From the NCBI RefSeq assembly GCF_009914755.1, contig NC_060941.1: a stretch of 64,000 nucleotides of DNA; one strand, written 5' to 3'. Position 1 is the stretch's first letter. Each line of letters begins with the position of its first letter. The notes under the pieces are model-generated. The model was not told where the DNA came from, did not search any database, and was given only the letters and a program-made list of their open reading frames with translations. This document shows positions 25,901 through 39,150 of the stretch, in pieces. Position numbers and translations under genes: made by a program. Source of the stretch: the human T2T-CHM13v2.0 reference genome, Homo sapiens.

Positions 25901-28900
25901 ATGGTCACATAAAAACTGGAGAGAAGCATTGTCAGAAACTTCTTTGTGATGATTGCATTCAAGTCACAGAGTTGAAGGTTCCTTTTCAAAGAGCAGTTTC
26001 CAATCACTCTTTCTGTGGAATCTGCAAGTGGATATTTGGACCTCTTTGAAGATTTCGTTGGAAACGGGAGAATCTTCACAGAAAAGCTAAACAGAAGCAT
26101 TTTCAGAAACTTCTTTGTGATGCTTGCATTCAACTCACAGAGTTGAACTTTCCTTTCGAGAGAGAAGCTTTGAAACAGTCTTTTTCCAGAATCTGCAAGT
26201 GGACATTTGGAGGGCTTTGAGGCCTCTGGTGGAAAAGGAATTATCTTCCCGTAAAAGCTAGATAGAAGCATTCTCAGAAACTACTTTGTGATGATTGCAT
26301 TCAAGTCACAGAGTTGAACATTCCCTTTGACAGAGCAGTTTGGAAACTCTCTTTGTGTAGAATCTGCAAGTGGAGATATGGACCGCTTTGAGGCCTATGG
26401 TAGTAAAGGAAATAGCTTCATATAAAAGCTAGACAGTAGCATTCACAGAAAACTCTTGGTGACGACTGAGTTTAACTCACAGAGCTGAACATTCCTTTGG
26501 ATGGAGCAGTTTCGAAACACACTATTTCTAGAAGGTGCAAGTGGATATGTGGGCCTCTCTGAGGATTTCGTTGGAAACGGGATAAACCGCACAGAACTAA
26601 ACAGAAGCATTCTCAGAACCTTCTTCGTGATGTTTGCATTCAACTCACAGTGTTGAACCTTTCTTTGATAGTTCAGGTTTGAAACGGTCTTTCTGTAGAA
26701 ACTGCAAGTAGATATTTGGACCTCTCTGAGGATTTCGTTGGAAACGGGATAAACCGCACACAACTAAAACAGAAGCATTCTCAGAACCCTCTTCGTGATG
26801 TTTGCATTCAACTCACGGTGCTGAATCTTTCTTTGATAGTTCAGCTTTGAAACACTCTTTTTGTAGAAACTGCAAGTGGATATTTGGTCCTCTCTGAGGA
26901 TTTCGTTGGTAACGGGATAAACCGCACAGAACTAAACAGAAGCATTCTCAGAACCTTCTTCGTGATGTCTGCATTCAACTCACAGTGTGGAACCTTTCTT
27001 TGATAGTTCAGGTTTGAAACACTCTTTTTGTAGAAACTGCAAGGGGATCATTGCACTTCTTTGAGGCCTACAGTAGTAAAGGAGATAACTTCCTATAAAA
27101 AGAAGACAGAAGCTTTCTCAGAAAATTCTTTGGGATGATTGAGTTGAGCAAACAGAGCTGAACACTCCTTGCGATGTAGCAGTTTAGAAACACACTTTCT
27201 GCAGAATCTGCAAGTGCATATGTGGACCTCTCTGAAGAAATCGTTGGAAACAGGATAATTTCAGCTGACTAAACAGAAGCAGTCTCAGAATCTTCTTTGT
27301 GATGTTTGCATTCAAATCCCAGAGTTGAACTTTCCTTTCCAAGTTCACGTTTGAAACACTCTTTTTGCAGGATCTACAAGTGGATATTTGGACCACTCTG
27401 TGTCCTTCGTTCGAAACGGGTATATCTTCACATGACATCTAGACAGAAGCATTCTCAGAAGCTTCTCTGTGATGACTGCATTCAACTCACGGAGTTGAAC
27501 ACTCCTTTTGAGAGCGCAGTTTTGAAACTCTCTTTCTGTGGCATCTGCAAGGGGACATGTAGACCTCTTTGAAGATTTCGTTGGAAACGGAATCATCTTC
27601 ACATCAAAACTATACAGATGCATTCTCAGGAACTTTTTGGTGATGTTTGTATTCAACTCCCAGAGTTGAACTTTCCTTTGGAAAGAGCAGCTATGAAACA
27701 CTCTTTTTCTAGAATCTGCAAGTGGACGTTTGGAGGGCTATGTGGTTTGTGGTGGAAAAGGAAATATCTTCACCTAAATACTAGATAGAAGCATTCTCAG
27801 AAACTGCTTTGTGATGATTGCATTCACCTCACAGAGTTGAACATTCCTATTGATAGAGCAGTTTGGAAACACTCTTGTTGTGGAATGTGCAAGTGGAGAT
27901 TTGGAGCGCTTTGAGGCCTATGGTAGTAAAGGGAATAGCTTCATAGAAAAACTAGACAGAAGCATTCTCAGAAAATACTTTGTGATGATTGAGTTGAACT
28001 CACAGAGCTGAACATTCCTTTGGATGGAGCAGGTTTGAGACACACTTTTTGTAGAATCTACAAGTGGATATTTGGACCTCTCTGAGGATTTCGTTGGAAA
28101 CGGGATAACTGCACCTAACTAAACGGAAGCATTCTCAGAAACTTCTTGGTGATGTTTGCATTCAAATCCCAGAGTTGAACCTTCCTTTGAGAGTTCAGGT
28201 TTGAAACACTCTTTTTGTAGGATCTGCAAGTGGATATTTGGACCACTCTGTGGCCTTCGTTCGAAACGGGTACATCTTCGCATAAAATCTAGACAGAAGC
28301 CTTCTCAGAAACTTCTCTGTGATGATTGCATTCAACTCACAGAGTTGAACCCTCCTATGGATAGAGCAGTGTTGAAACTCTCTTTTTGTGGAATCTGCAA
28401 GCAAATATGTGGACCTTTCCGAAGATGTCTTTGGCAACGGGAATATCTTCACATAAAAACTAAACAGAAGCATTCTCAGAAACTTCTCTGTGATGTTTGT
28501 GTTCAACTCCCAGAGTTTCACATTGCTTCTCATAGAGTAGTTCTGAAACATGCTTTTCGTAGTGTCTGCAAGTGGACATTTGGAGCGCTTTCAGGCCTGT
28601 GGTGGAAAACGAATTATGGTCACATAAAAACTGGAGAGAAGCATTGTCAGAAACTTCTTTGTGATGATTGCATTCAAGTCACAGAGTTGAAGGTTCCTTT
28701 TCAAAGAGCAGTTTCCAATCACTCTTTCTGTGGAATCTGCAAGTGGATATTTGGACCTCTTTGAAGATTTCGTTGGAAACGGGAGAATCTTCACAGAAAA
28801 GCTAAACAGAAGCATTCTCAGAAACTTCTTTGTGATGCTTGCATTCAACTCACAGAGTTGAACTTTCCTTTCGAGAGAGAAGCTTTGAAACACTCTTTTT

Positions 28901-30838
28901 CCAGAATCTGCAAGTGGACATTTGGAGGGCTTTGAGGCCTCTGGTGGAAAAGGAATTATCTTCCCGTAAAAGCTAGATAGAAGCATTCTCAGAAACTACT
29001 TTGTGATGATTGCATTCAAGTCACAGAGTTGAACATTCCCTTTGACAGAGCAGTTTGGAAACTCTCTTTGTGTAGAATCTGCAAGTGGAGATATGGACCG
29101 CTTTGAGGCCTATGGTAGTAAAGGAAATAGCTTCATATAAAAGCTAGACAGTAGCATTCACAGAAAACTCTTGGTGACGACTGAGTTTAACTCACAGAGC
29201 TGAACATTCCTTTGGATGGAGCAGTTTCGAAACACACTATTTGTAGAATGTGCAAGTGGATATGTGGGCCTCTCTGAGGATTTCGTTGGAAACGGGATAA
29301 ACCGCACAGAACTAAACAGAAGCATTCTCAGAACCTTCTTCGTGATGTTTGCATTCAACTCACAGTGTTGAACCTTTCTTTGATAGTTCAGGTTTGAAAC
29401 GGTCTTTCTGTAGAAACTGCAAGTAGATATTTGGACCTCTCTGAGGATTTCGTTGGAAACGGGATAAACCGCACACAACTAAAACAGAAGCATTCTCAGA
29501 ACCCTCTTCGTGATGTTTGCATTCAACTCACGGTGCTGAATCTTTCTTTGATAGTTCAGCTTTGAAACACTCTTTTTGTAGAAACTGCAAGTGGATATTT
29601 GGTCCTCTCTGAGGATTTCGTTGGTAACGGGATAAACCGCACAGAACTAAACAGAAGCATTCTCAGAACCTTCTTCGTGATGTCTGCATTCAACTCACAG
29701 TGTGGAACCTTTCTTTGATAGTTCAGGTTTGAAACACTCTTTTTGTAGAAACTGCAAGGGGATCATTGCACTTCTTTGAGGCCTACCGTAGTAAAGGAGA
29801 TAACTTCCTATAAAAAGAAGACAGAAGCTTTCTCAGAAAATTCTTTGGGATGATTGAGTTGAGCAAACAGAGCTGAACACTCCTTGTGATGTAGCAGTTT
29901 AGAAACACACTTTCTGCAGAATCTGCAAGTGCATATGTGGACCTCTCTGAGGAAATCGTTGGAAACGGGATAATTTCAGCTGACTAAACAGAAGCAGTCT
30001 CAGAATCTTCTTTGTGATGTTTGCATTCAAATCCCAGAGTTGAACTTTCCTTTCCAAGTTCACGTTTGAAACACTCTTTTTGCAGGATCTACAAGTGGAT
30101 ATTTGGACCACTCTGTGTCCTTCGTTCGAAACGGGTATATCTTCACATGACATCTAGACAGAAGCATTCTCAGAAGCTTCTCTGTGATGACTGCATTCAA
30201 CTCACGGAGTTGAACACTCCTTTTGAGAGCGCAGTTTTGAAACTCTCTTTCTGTGGCATCTGCAAGGGGACATGTAGACCTCTTTGAAGATTTCGTTGGA
30301 AACGGAATCATCTTCACATCAAAACTATACAGATGCATTCTCAGGAACTTTTTGGTGATGTTTGTATTCAACTCCCAGAGTTGAACTTTCCTTTGGAAAG
30401 AGCAGCTATGAAACACTCTTTTTCTAGAATCTGCAAGTGGACGTTTGGAGGGCTTTGTGGTTTGTGGTGGAAAAGGAAATATCTTCACCTAAATACTAGA
30501 TAGAAGCATTCTCAGAAACTGCTTTGTGATGATTGCATTCACCTCACAGAGTTGAACATTCCTATTGATAGAGCAGTTTGGAAACACTCGTGTTGTGGAA
30601 TGTGCATGTGGAGATTTGGAGCGCTTTGAGGCCTATGGTAGTAAAGGGAATAGCTTCATAGAAAAACTAGACAGAAGCATTCTCAGAAAATACTTTGTGA
30701 TGATTGAGTTGAACTCACAGAGCTGAACATTCCTTTGGATGGAACAGGATTAAGACAAACTTTTTGTAGAATCTACAAGTGGATATTTGGACCTCTCTGA
30801 GGATTTCGTTGGAAACGGGATAACTGCACCTAACTAAA
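19979..30838 (+). repeat. Four near-identical 16-mer HORs (starts 19979, 22694, 25409, 28124) lacking the EcoRI site
   Basis: 2715 bp spacing. Shared variants GGAAATCG (or GAAATCG), TTGGTAACGGG, GCACACAAC, CTGAATCTTT, TTTGGCAACGGG. Confidence 0.92.
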
Positions 30839-33385
30839 CGGAAGCATTCTCAGAAACTTCTTGGTGATGTTTGCATTCAAATCCCAGAGTTGAACCTTCC
30901 TTTGAGAGTTCAGGTTTGAAACACTCTTTTTGTAGGATCTGCAAGTGGATATTTGGACCACTCTGTGGTCTTCGTTCGAAACGGGTACATCTTCGCATAA
31001 AATCTAGACAGAAGCCTTCTCAGAAACTTCTCTGTGATGATTGCATTCAACTCACAGAGTTGAACCCTCCTATGGATAGAGCAGTGTTGAAACTCTCTTT
31101 TTGTGGAATCTGCAAGCGGATATGTGGACCTCTCCGAAGATGTCTTTGGCAACGGGAATATCTTCACATAAAAACTAAACAGAAGCATTCTCAGAAACTT
31201 CTCTGTGATGTTTGTGTTCAACTCCCAGAGTTTCACATTGCTTCTCATAGAGTAGTTCTGAAACATTCTTTTCGTAGTGTCTGCAAGTGGACATTTGGAG
31301 CGCTTTCAGGCCTGTGGTGGAAAACGAATTATGGTCACATAAAAACTGGAGAGAAGCATTGTCAGAAACTTCTTTGTGATGATTGCATTCAAGTCACAGA
31401 GTTGAAGGTTCCTTTTCAAAGAGCAGTTTCCAGTCACTCTTTCTGAGGAATCTGCAAGTGGATATTTGGACCTCTTTGAAGATTTCGTTGGAAACGGGAG
31501 AATCTTCACAGAAAAGCTAAACAGAAGGATTCTCAGAAACGTCTTTCTGATGCTTGCATTCAACTCACAGAGTTGAACTTTCCTTTCGAGAGAGAAGCTT
31601 TGAAACACTCTTTTTCCAGAATCTGCAAGTGGACATTTGGAGGGCTTTGAGGCCTGTGGTGGAAAAGGAATTATCTTCCCGTAAAAGCTAGATAGAAGCA
31701 TTCTCAGAAACTACTTTGTGATGATTGCATTCAAGTCACAGAGTTGAACATTCCCTTTGACAGAGCAGTTTGGAAACTCTCTTTGTGTAGAATCTGCAAG
31801 TGGAGATATGGACCGCTTTGAGGCCTATGGTAGTAAAGGAAATAGCTTCATATGAAAGCTAGACAGTAGCATTCACAGAAAACTCTTTGTGATGACTGAG
31901 TTTAACTCACAGAGCTGAACATTCCTTTGGATGGAGCAGTTTCGAAACACAGTATTTGTAGAATGTGCAAGTGGATATGTGGGCCTCTCTGAGGATTTCG
32001 TTGGAAACGGGATAAACCGCACAGAACTAAACAGAAGCATTCTCAGAACCTTCTTCGTGATGTTTGCATTCAACTCACAGTGTTGAACCTTTCTTTGATA
32101 GTTCAGGTTTGAAACGGTCTTTCTGTAGAAACTGCAAGTAGATATTTGGACCTCTCTGAGGATTTCGTTGGAAACGGGATAAACCGCACAGAACTAAACA
32201 GAAGCATTCTCAGAACCTTCTTCGTGATGTCTGCGTTCAACTCACTGTGTGGAACCTTTCTTTGATAGTTCAGGTTTGAAACACTCTTTTTGTAGAAACT
32301 GCAAGGGGATCCTTGCACTTCTTTGAGGCCTACCGTAGTAAAGGAAATAACTTCCTATAAAAAGAAGACAGAAGCTTTCTCAGAAATTTCTTTGGGATGA
32401 TTGAGTTGAGCAAACAGAGCTGAACACTCCTTGCGATGTAGCAGTTTAGAAACACACTTTCTGCAGAATCTGCAAGTGCCTATGTGGACCTCTCTGAGGA
32501 ATTCGTTGGAAACGGGATAATTTCAGCTGACTAAACAGAAGCAGTCTCAGAATCTTCTTTGTGATGTTTGCATTCAAATCCCAGAGTTGAACTTTCCTTT
32601 CCAAGTTCACGTTTGAAACACTCTTTTTGCAGGATCTACAAGTGGATATTTGGACCACTCTGTGTCCTTCGTTCGAAACGGGTATATCTTCACATGACAT
32701 CTAGACAGAAGCATTCTCAGAAGCTTCTCTGTGATGACTGCATTCGACTCACGGAGTTGAACACTCCTTTTGAGAGCGCAGTTTTGAAACTCTCTTTCTG
32801 TGGCATCTGCAAGGGGACATGTAGACCTCTTTGAAGATTTCGTTGGAAACGGAATCATCTTCACATCAAAACTATACAGATGCATTCTCAGGAACTTTTT
32901 GGTGATGTTTGTATTCAACTCCCAGAGTTGAACTTTCCTTTGGAAAGAGCAGCTATGAAACACTCTTTTTCTAGAATCTGCAAGTGGACGTTTGGAGGGC
33001 TTTGTGGTTTGTGGTGGAAAAGGAAATATCTTCACCTAAATACTAGATAGAAGCATTCTCAGAAACTGCTTTGTGATGATTGCATTCACCTCACAGAGTT
33101 GAACATTCCTATTGATAGAGCAGTTTGGAAACACTCTTGTTGTGGAATGTGCAAGTGGAGATTTGGAGCGCTTTGAGGCCTATGGTAGTAAAGGGAATAG
33201 CTTCATAGAAAAACTAGACAGAAGCATTCTCAGAAAATACTTTGTGATGATTGAGTTGAACTCACAGAGCTGAACATTCCTTTGGATGGAGCAGGTTTGA
33301 GACACACTTTTTGTAGAATCTACAAGTGGATATTTGGACCTCTCTGAGGATTTCGTTGGAAACGGGATAACTGCACTTAACTAAA
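30839..33385 (+). repeat. 15-mer HOR structural variant (2547 bp; 168 bp deleted, hybrid m/n monomer)
   Basis: The m body (AAACGGTCTTTCTG…AAGTAGA) ends with an n-type tail (CTAAACAG) and is followed by o at ~32199. Spacing 30871 to 33418. Confidence 0.93.
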
Positions 33386-36100
33386 CGGAAGCATTCTCAG
33401 AAACTTCTTGGTGATGTTTGCATTCAAATCCCAGAGTTGAACCTTCCTTTGAGAGTTCAGGTTTGAAACACTCTTTTTGTAGGATCTGCAAGTGGATATT
33501 TGGACCACTCTGTGGCCTTCGTTTGAAACGGGTACATCTTCGCATAAAATCTAGACAGAAGCCTTCTCAGAAACTTCTCTGGGATGATTGCATTCAACTC
33601 ACAGAGTTGAACCCTCCTATGGATAGAGCAGTGTTGAAACTCTCTTTTTGTGGAATCTGCAAGCGGATATGTGGACCTCTCTGAAGATGTCTTTGGAAAC
33701 GGGAATATCGTCACATAAAAACTAAACAGAAGCATTCTCAGAAACTTCTCTGTGATGTTTGTGTTCAACTCCCAGAGTTTCACATTGCTTCTCATAGAGT
33801 AGTTCTGAAACATGCTTTTCGTAGTGTCTGCAAGTGGACATTTGGAGCGCTTTCAGGCCTGTGGTGGAAAACGAATTATGGTCACATAAAAACTGGAGAG
33901 AAGCATTGTCAGAAACTTCTTTGTGATGATTGCATTCAAGTCACAGAGTTGAAGGTTCCTTTTCAAAGAGCAGTTTCCAATCACTCTTTCTGTGGAATCT
34001 GCAAGTGGATATTTGGACCTCTTTGAAGATTTCGTTGGAAACGGGAGAATCTTCACAGAAAAGCTAAACAGAAGCATTCTCAGAAACTTCTTTGTGATGC
34101 TTGCATTCAACTCACAGAGTTGAACTTTCCTTTCGAGAGAGAAGCTTTGAAACACTCTTTTTCCAGAATCTGGAAGTGGACATTTGGAGGGCTTTGAGGC
34201 CTGTGGTGGAAAAGGAATTATCTTCCCGTAAAAGCTAGATAGAAGCATTCTCAGAAACTACTTTGTGATGATTGCATTCAAGTCACAGAGTTGAACATTC
34301 CCTTTGACAGAGCAGTTTGGAAACTCTCTTTGTGTAGAATCTGCAAGTGGAGATATGGACCGCTTTGAGGCCTATGGTAGTAAAGGAAATAGCTTCATAT
34401 AAAAGCTAGACAGTAGCATTCACAGAAAACTCTTGGTGACGACTGAGTTTAACTCACAGAGCTGAACATTCCTTTGGATGGAGCAGTTTCGAAACACAGT
34501 ATTTGTAGAATGTGCAAGTGGATATGTGGGCCTCTCTGAGGATTTCGTTGGAAACGGGATAAACCGCACAGAACTAAACAGAAGCATTCTCAGAACCTTC
34601 TTCGTGATGTTTGCATTCAACTCACAGTGTTGAACCTTTCTTTGATAGTTCAGGTTTGAAACGGTCTTTCTGTAGAAACTGCAAGTAGATATTTGGACCT
34701 CTCTGAGGATTTCGTTGGAAACGGGATAAACCGCACAGAACTAAAGCAGAAGCATTCTCAGAACCCTCTTCGTGATGTTTGCATTCAACTCACAGTGCTG
34801 AACCTTTCTTTGATAGTTCAGCTTTGAAACACTCTTTTTGTAGAAACTGCAAGTGGATATTTGGTCCTCTCTGAGGATTTCTTTGGAAACGGGATAAACC
34901 GCACAGAACTAAACAGAAGCATTCTCAGAACCTTCTTCGTGATGTCTGCGTTCAACTCACTGTGTGGAACCTTTCTTTGATAGTTCAGGTTTGAAACACT
35001 CTTTTTGTAGAAACTGCAAGGGGATCATTGCACTTCTTTGAGGCCTACCGTAGTAAACGAGATAACTTCCTATAAAAAGAAGACAGAAGCTTTCTCAGAA
35101 AATTCTTTGGGATGATTGAGTTGAGCAAACAGATCTGAACACTCCTTGCGATGTAGCAGTTTAGAAACACACTTTCTGCAGAATCTGCAAGTGCATATGT
35201 GGACCTCTCTGAGGAAATCGTTGGAAACGGGATAATTTCAGCTGACTAAACAGAAGCAGTCTCAGAATCTTCTTTGTGATGTTTGCATTCAAATCCCAGA
35301 GTTGAACTTTCCTTTCCAAGTTCACGTTTGAAACACTCTTTTTGCAGGATCTACAAGTGGATATTTGGACCACTCTGTGTCCTTCGTTCGAAACGGGTAT
35401 ATCTTCACATGACATCTAGACAGAAGCATTCTCAGAAGCTTCTCTGTGATGACTGCATTCAACTCACGGAGTTGAACACTCCTTTTGAGAGCGCAGTTTT
35501 GAAACTCTCTTTCTGTGGCATCTGCAAGGGGACATGTAGACCTCTTTGAAGATTTCGTTGGAAACGGAATCATCTTCACATCAAAACTATACAGATGCAT
35601 TCTCAGGAACTTTTTGGTGATGTTTGTATTCAACTCCCAGAGTTGAACTTTCCTTTGGAAAGAGCAGCTATGAAACACTCTTTTTCTAGAATCTGCAAGT
35701 GGACGTTTGGAGGGCTTTGTGGTTTGTGGTGGAAAAGGAAATATCTTCACCTAAATACTAGATAGAAGCATTCTCAGAAACTGCTTTGTGATGATTGCAT
35801 TCACCTCACAGAGTTGAACATTCCTATTGATAGAGCAGTTTGGATACACTCTTGTTGTGGAATGTGCAAGTGGAGATTTGGAGCGCTTTGAGGCCTATGG
35901 TAGTAAAGGGAATAGCTTCATAGAAAAACTAGACAGAAGCATTCTCAGAAAATACTTTGTGATGATTGAGTTGAACTCACAGAGCTGAACATTCCTTTGG
36001 ATGGAGCAGGTTTGAGACACACTTTTTGTAGAATCTACAAGTGGATATTTGGACCTCTCTGAGGATTTCGTTGGAAACGGGATAACTGCACCTAACTAAA
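33386..36100 (+). repeat. 16-mer HOR unit
   Basis: Spacing 33418 to 36133 = 2715. Confidence 0.92.
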
Positions 36101-39100
36101 CGGAAGCATTCTCAGAAACTTCTTGGTGATGTTTGCATTCAAATCCCAGAGTTGAACCTTCCTTTGAGAGTTCAGGTTTGAAACACTCTTTTTGTAGGAT
36201 CTGCAAGTGGATATTTGGACCACTCTGTGGCCTTCGTTCGAAACGGGTACATCTTCGCATAAAATCTAGACAGAAGCCTTCTCAGAAACTTCTCTGTGAT
36301 GATTGCATTCAACTCACAGAGTTGAACCCTCCTATGGATAGAGCAGTGTTGAAACTCTCTTTTTGTGGAATCTGCAAGCGGATATGTGGACCTCTCCGAA
36401 GATGTCTTTGGCAACGGGAATATCTTCACATAAAAACTAAACAGAAGCATTCTCAGAAACTTCTCTGTGATGTTTGTGTTCAACTCCCAGAGTTTCACAT
36501 TGCTTCTCATAGAGTAGTTCCGAAACATGCTTTTCGTAGTGTCTGCAAGTGGACATTTGGAGCGCTTTCAGGCCTGTGGTGGAAAACGAATTATGGTCAC
36601 ATAAAAACTGGAGAGAAGCATTGTCAGAAACTTCCTTGTGATGATTGCATACAAGTCACAGAGTTGAAGGTTCCTTTTCAAAGAGCAGTTTCCAATCACT
36701 CTTTCTGTGGAATCTGCAAGTGGATATTTGGACCTCTTTGAAGATTTCGTTGGAAACGGGAGAATCTTCACAAAAAAGCTAAACAGAAGCATTCTCAGAA
36801 ACTTCTTTGTGATGCTTGCATTCAACTCACAGAGTTGAACTTTCCTTTCGAGAGAGAAGCTTTGAAACACTCTTTTTCCAGAATCTGCAAGTGGACATTT
36901 GGAGGGCTTTGAGGCCTGTGGTGGAAAAGGAATTATCTTCCCGTAAAAGCTAGATAGAAGCATTCTCAGAAACTACTTTGTGATGATTGCATTCAAGTCA
37001 CAGAGTTGAACATTCCCTTTGACAGAGCAGTTTGGAAACTCTCTTTGTGTAGAATCTGCAAGTGGAGATATGGACCGCTTTGAGGCCTATGGTAGTAAAG
37101 GAAATAGCTTCATATAAAAGCTAGACAGTAGCTTTCACAGAAAACTCTTGGTGACGACTGAGTTTAACTCACAGAGCTGAACATTCCTTTGGATGGAGCA
37201 GTTTCGAAACACACTATTTGTAGAATGTGCAAGTGGATATGTGGGCCTCTCTGAGGATTTCGTTGGAAACGGGATAAACCGCACAGAACTAAACAGAAGC
37301 ATTCTCAGAACCTTCTTCGTGATGTTTGCATTCAACTCACAGTGTTGAACCTTTCTTTGATAGTTCAGGTTTGAAACGGTCTTTCTGTAGAAACTGCAAG
37401 TAGATATTTGGACCTCTCTGAGGATTTCGTTGGAAACGGGATAAACCGCACAGAACTAAAACAGAAGCATTCTCAGAACCCTCTTCGTGATGTTTGCATT
37501 CAACCCACGGTGCTGAACCTTTCTTTGATAGTTCAGCTTTGAAACACTCTTTTTGTAGAAACTGCAAGTGGATATTTGGTCCTCTCTGAGGATTTCGTTG
37601 GAAACGGGATAAACCGCACAGAACTAAACAGAAGCATTCTCAGAACCTTCTTCGTGATGTTTGCATTCAACTCACAGTGTTGAACCTTTCTTTGATAGTT
37701 CAGGTTTGAAACGGTCTTTCTGTAGAAACTGCAAGTAGATATTTGGACCGCTCTGAGGATTTCGTTGGAAACGGGATAAACCGCACACAACTAAAACAGA
37801 AGCATTCTCAGAACCCTCTTCGTGATGTTTGCATTCAACTCACGGTGCTGAACCTTTCTTTGATAGTTCAGCTTTGAAACACTCTTTTTGTAGAAACTGC
37901 AAGTGGATATTTGGTCCTCTCTGAGGATTTCGTTGGAAACGGGATAAACCGCACAGAACTAAACAGAAGCATTCTCAGAACCTTCTTCGTGATGTCTGCA
38001 TTCAACTCACAGTGTGGAACCTTTCTTTGATAGTTCAGGTTTGAAACACTCTTTTTGTAGAAACTGCAAGGGGATCATTGCACTTCTTTGAGGCCTACCG
38101 TAGTAAAGGAGATAACTTCCTATAAAAAGAAGACAGAAGCTTTCTCAGAAAATTCTTTGGGATGATTGAGTTGAGCAAACAGAGCTGAACACTCCTTGCG
38201 ATGTAGCAGTTTAGAAACACACTTTCTGCAGAATCTGCAAGTGCATATGTGGACCTCTCTGAGGAAATCGTTGGAAACGGGATAATTTCAGCTGACTAAA
38301 CAGAAGCAGTCTCAGAATCTTCTTTGTGATGTTTGCATTCAAATCCCAGAGTTGAACTTTCCTTTCCAAGTTCACGTTTGAAACACTCTTTTTGCAGGAT
38401 CTACAAGTGGATATTTGGACCACTCTGTGTCCTTCGTTCGAAACGGGTATATCTTCACATGACATCTAGACAGAAGCATTCTCAGAAGCTTCTCTGTGAT
38501 GACTGCATTCAACTCACGGAGTTGAACACTCCTTTTGAGAGCGCAGTTTTGAAACTCTCTTTCTGTGGCATCTGCAAGGGGACATGTAGACCTCTTTGAA
38601 GATTTCGTTGGAAACGGAATCATCTTCACATCAAAACTATACAGATGCATTCTCAGGAACTTTTTGGTGATGTTTGTATTCAACTCCCAGAGTTGAACTT
38701 TCCTTTGGAAAGAGCAGCTATGAAACACTCTTTTTCTAGAATCTGCAAGTGGACGTTTGGAGGGCTTTGTGGTTTGTGGTGGAAAAGGAAATATCTTCAC
38801 CTAAATACTAGATAGAAGCATTCTCAGAAACTGCTTTGTGATGATTGCATTCACCTCACAGAGTTGAACATTCCTATTGATAGAGCAGTTTGGAAACACT
38901 CTTGTTGTGGAATGTGCAAGTGGAGATTTGGAGCGCTTTGAGGCCTATGGTAGTAAAGGGAATAGCTTCATAGAAAAACTAGACAGAAGCATTCTCAGAA
39001 AATACTTTGTGATGATTGAGTTTAACTCACAGAGCTGAACATTCCTTTGGATGGAGCAGGTTTGAGACACACTTTTTGTAGAATCTACAAGTGGATATTT

Positions 39101-39150
39101 GGACCTCTCTGAGGATTTCGTTGGAAACGGGATAACTGCACCTAACTAAA
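36101..39150 (+). repeat. 18-mer HOR structural variant (3050 bp; order l-m-n-m-n-o)
   Basis: m signature AAACGGTCTTTCTG at ~37375 and again at ~37710; n signature GAACCCTCTTCG at ~37477 and ~37811. Spacing 36133 to 39183. Confidence 0.93.
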
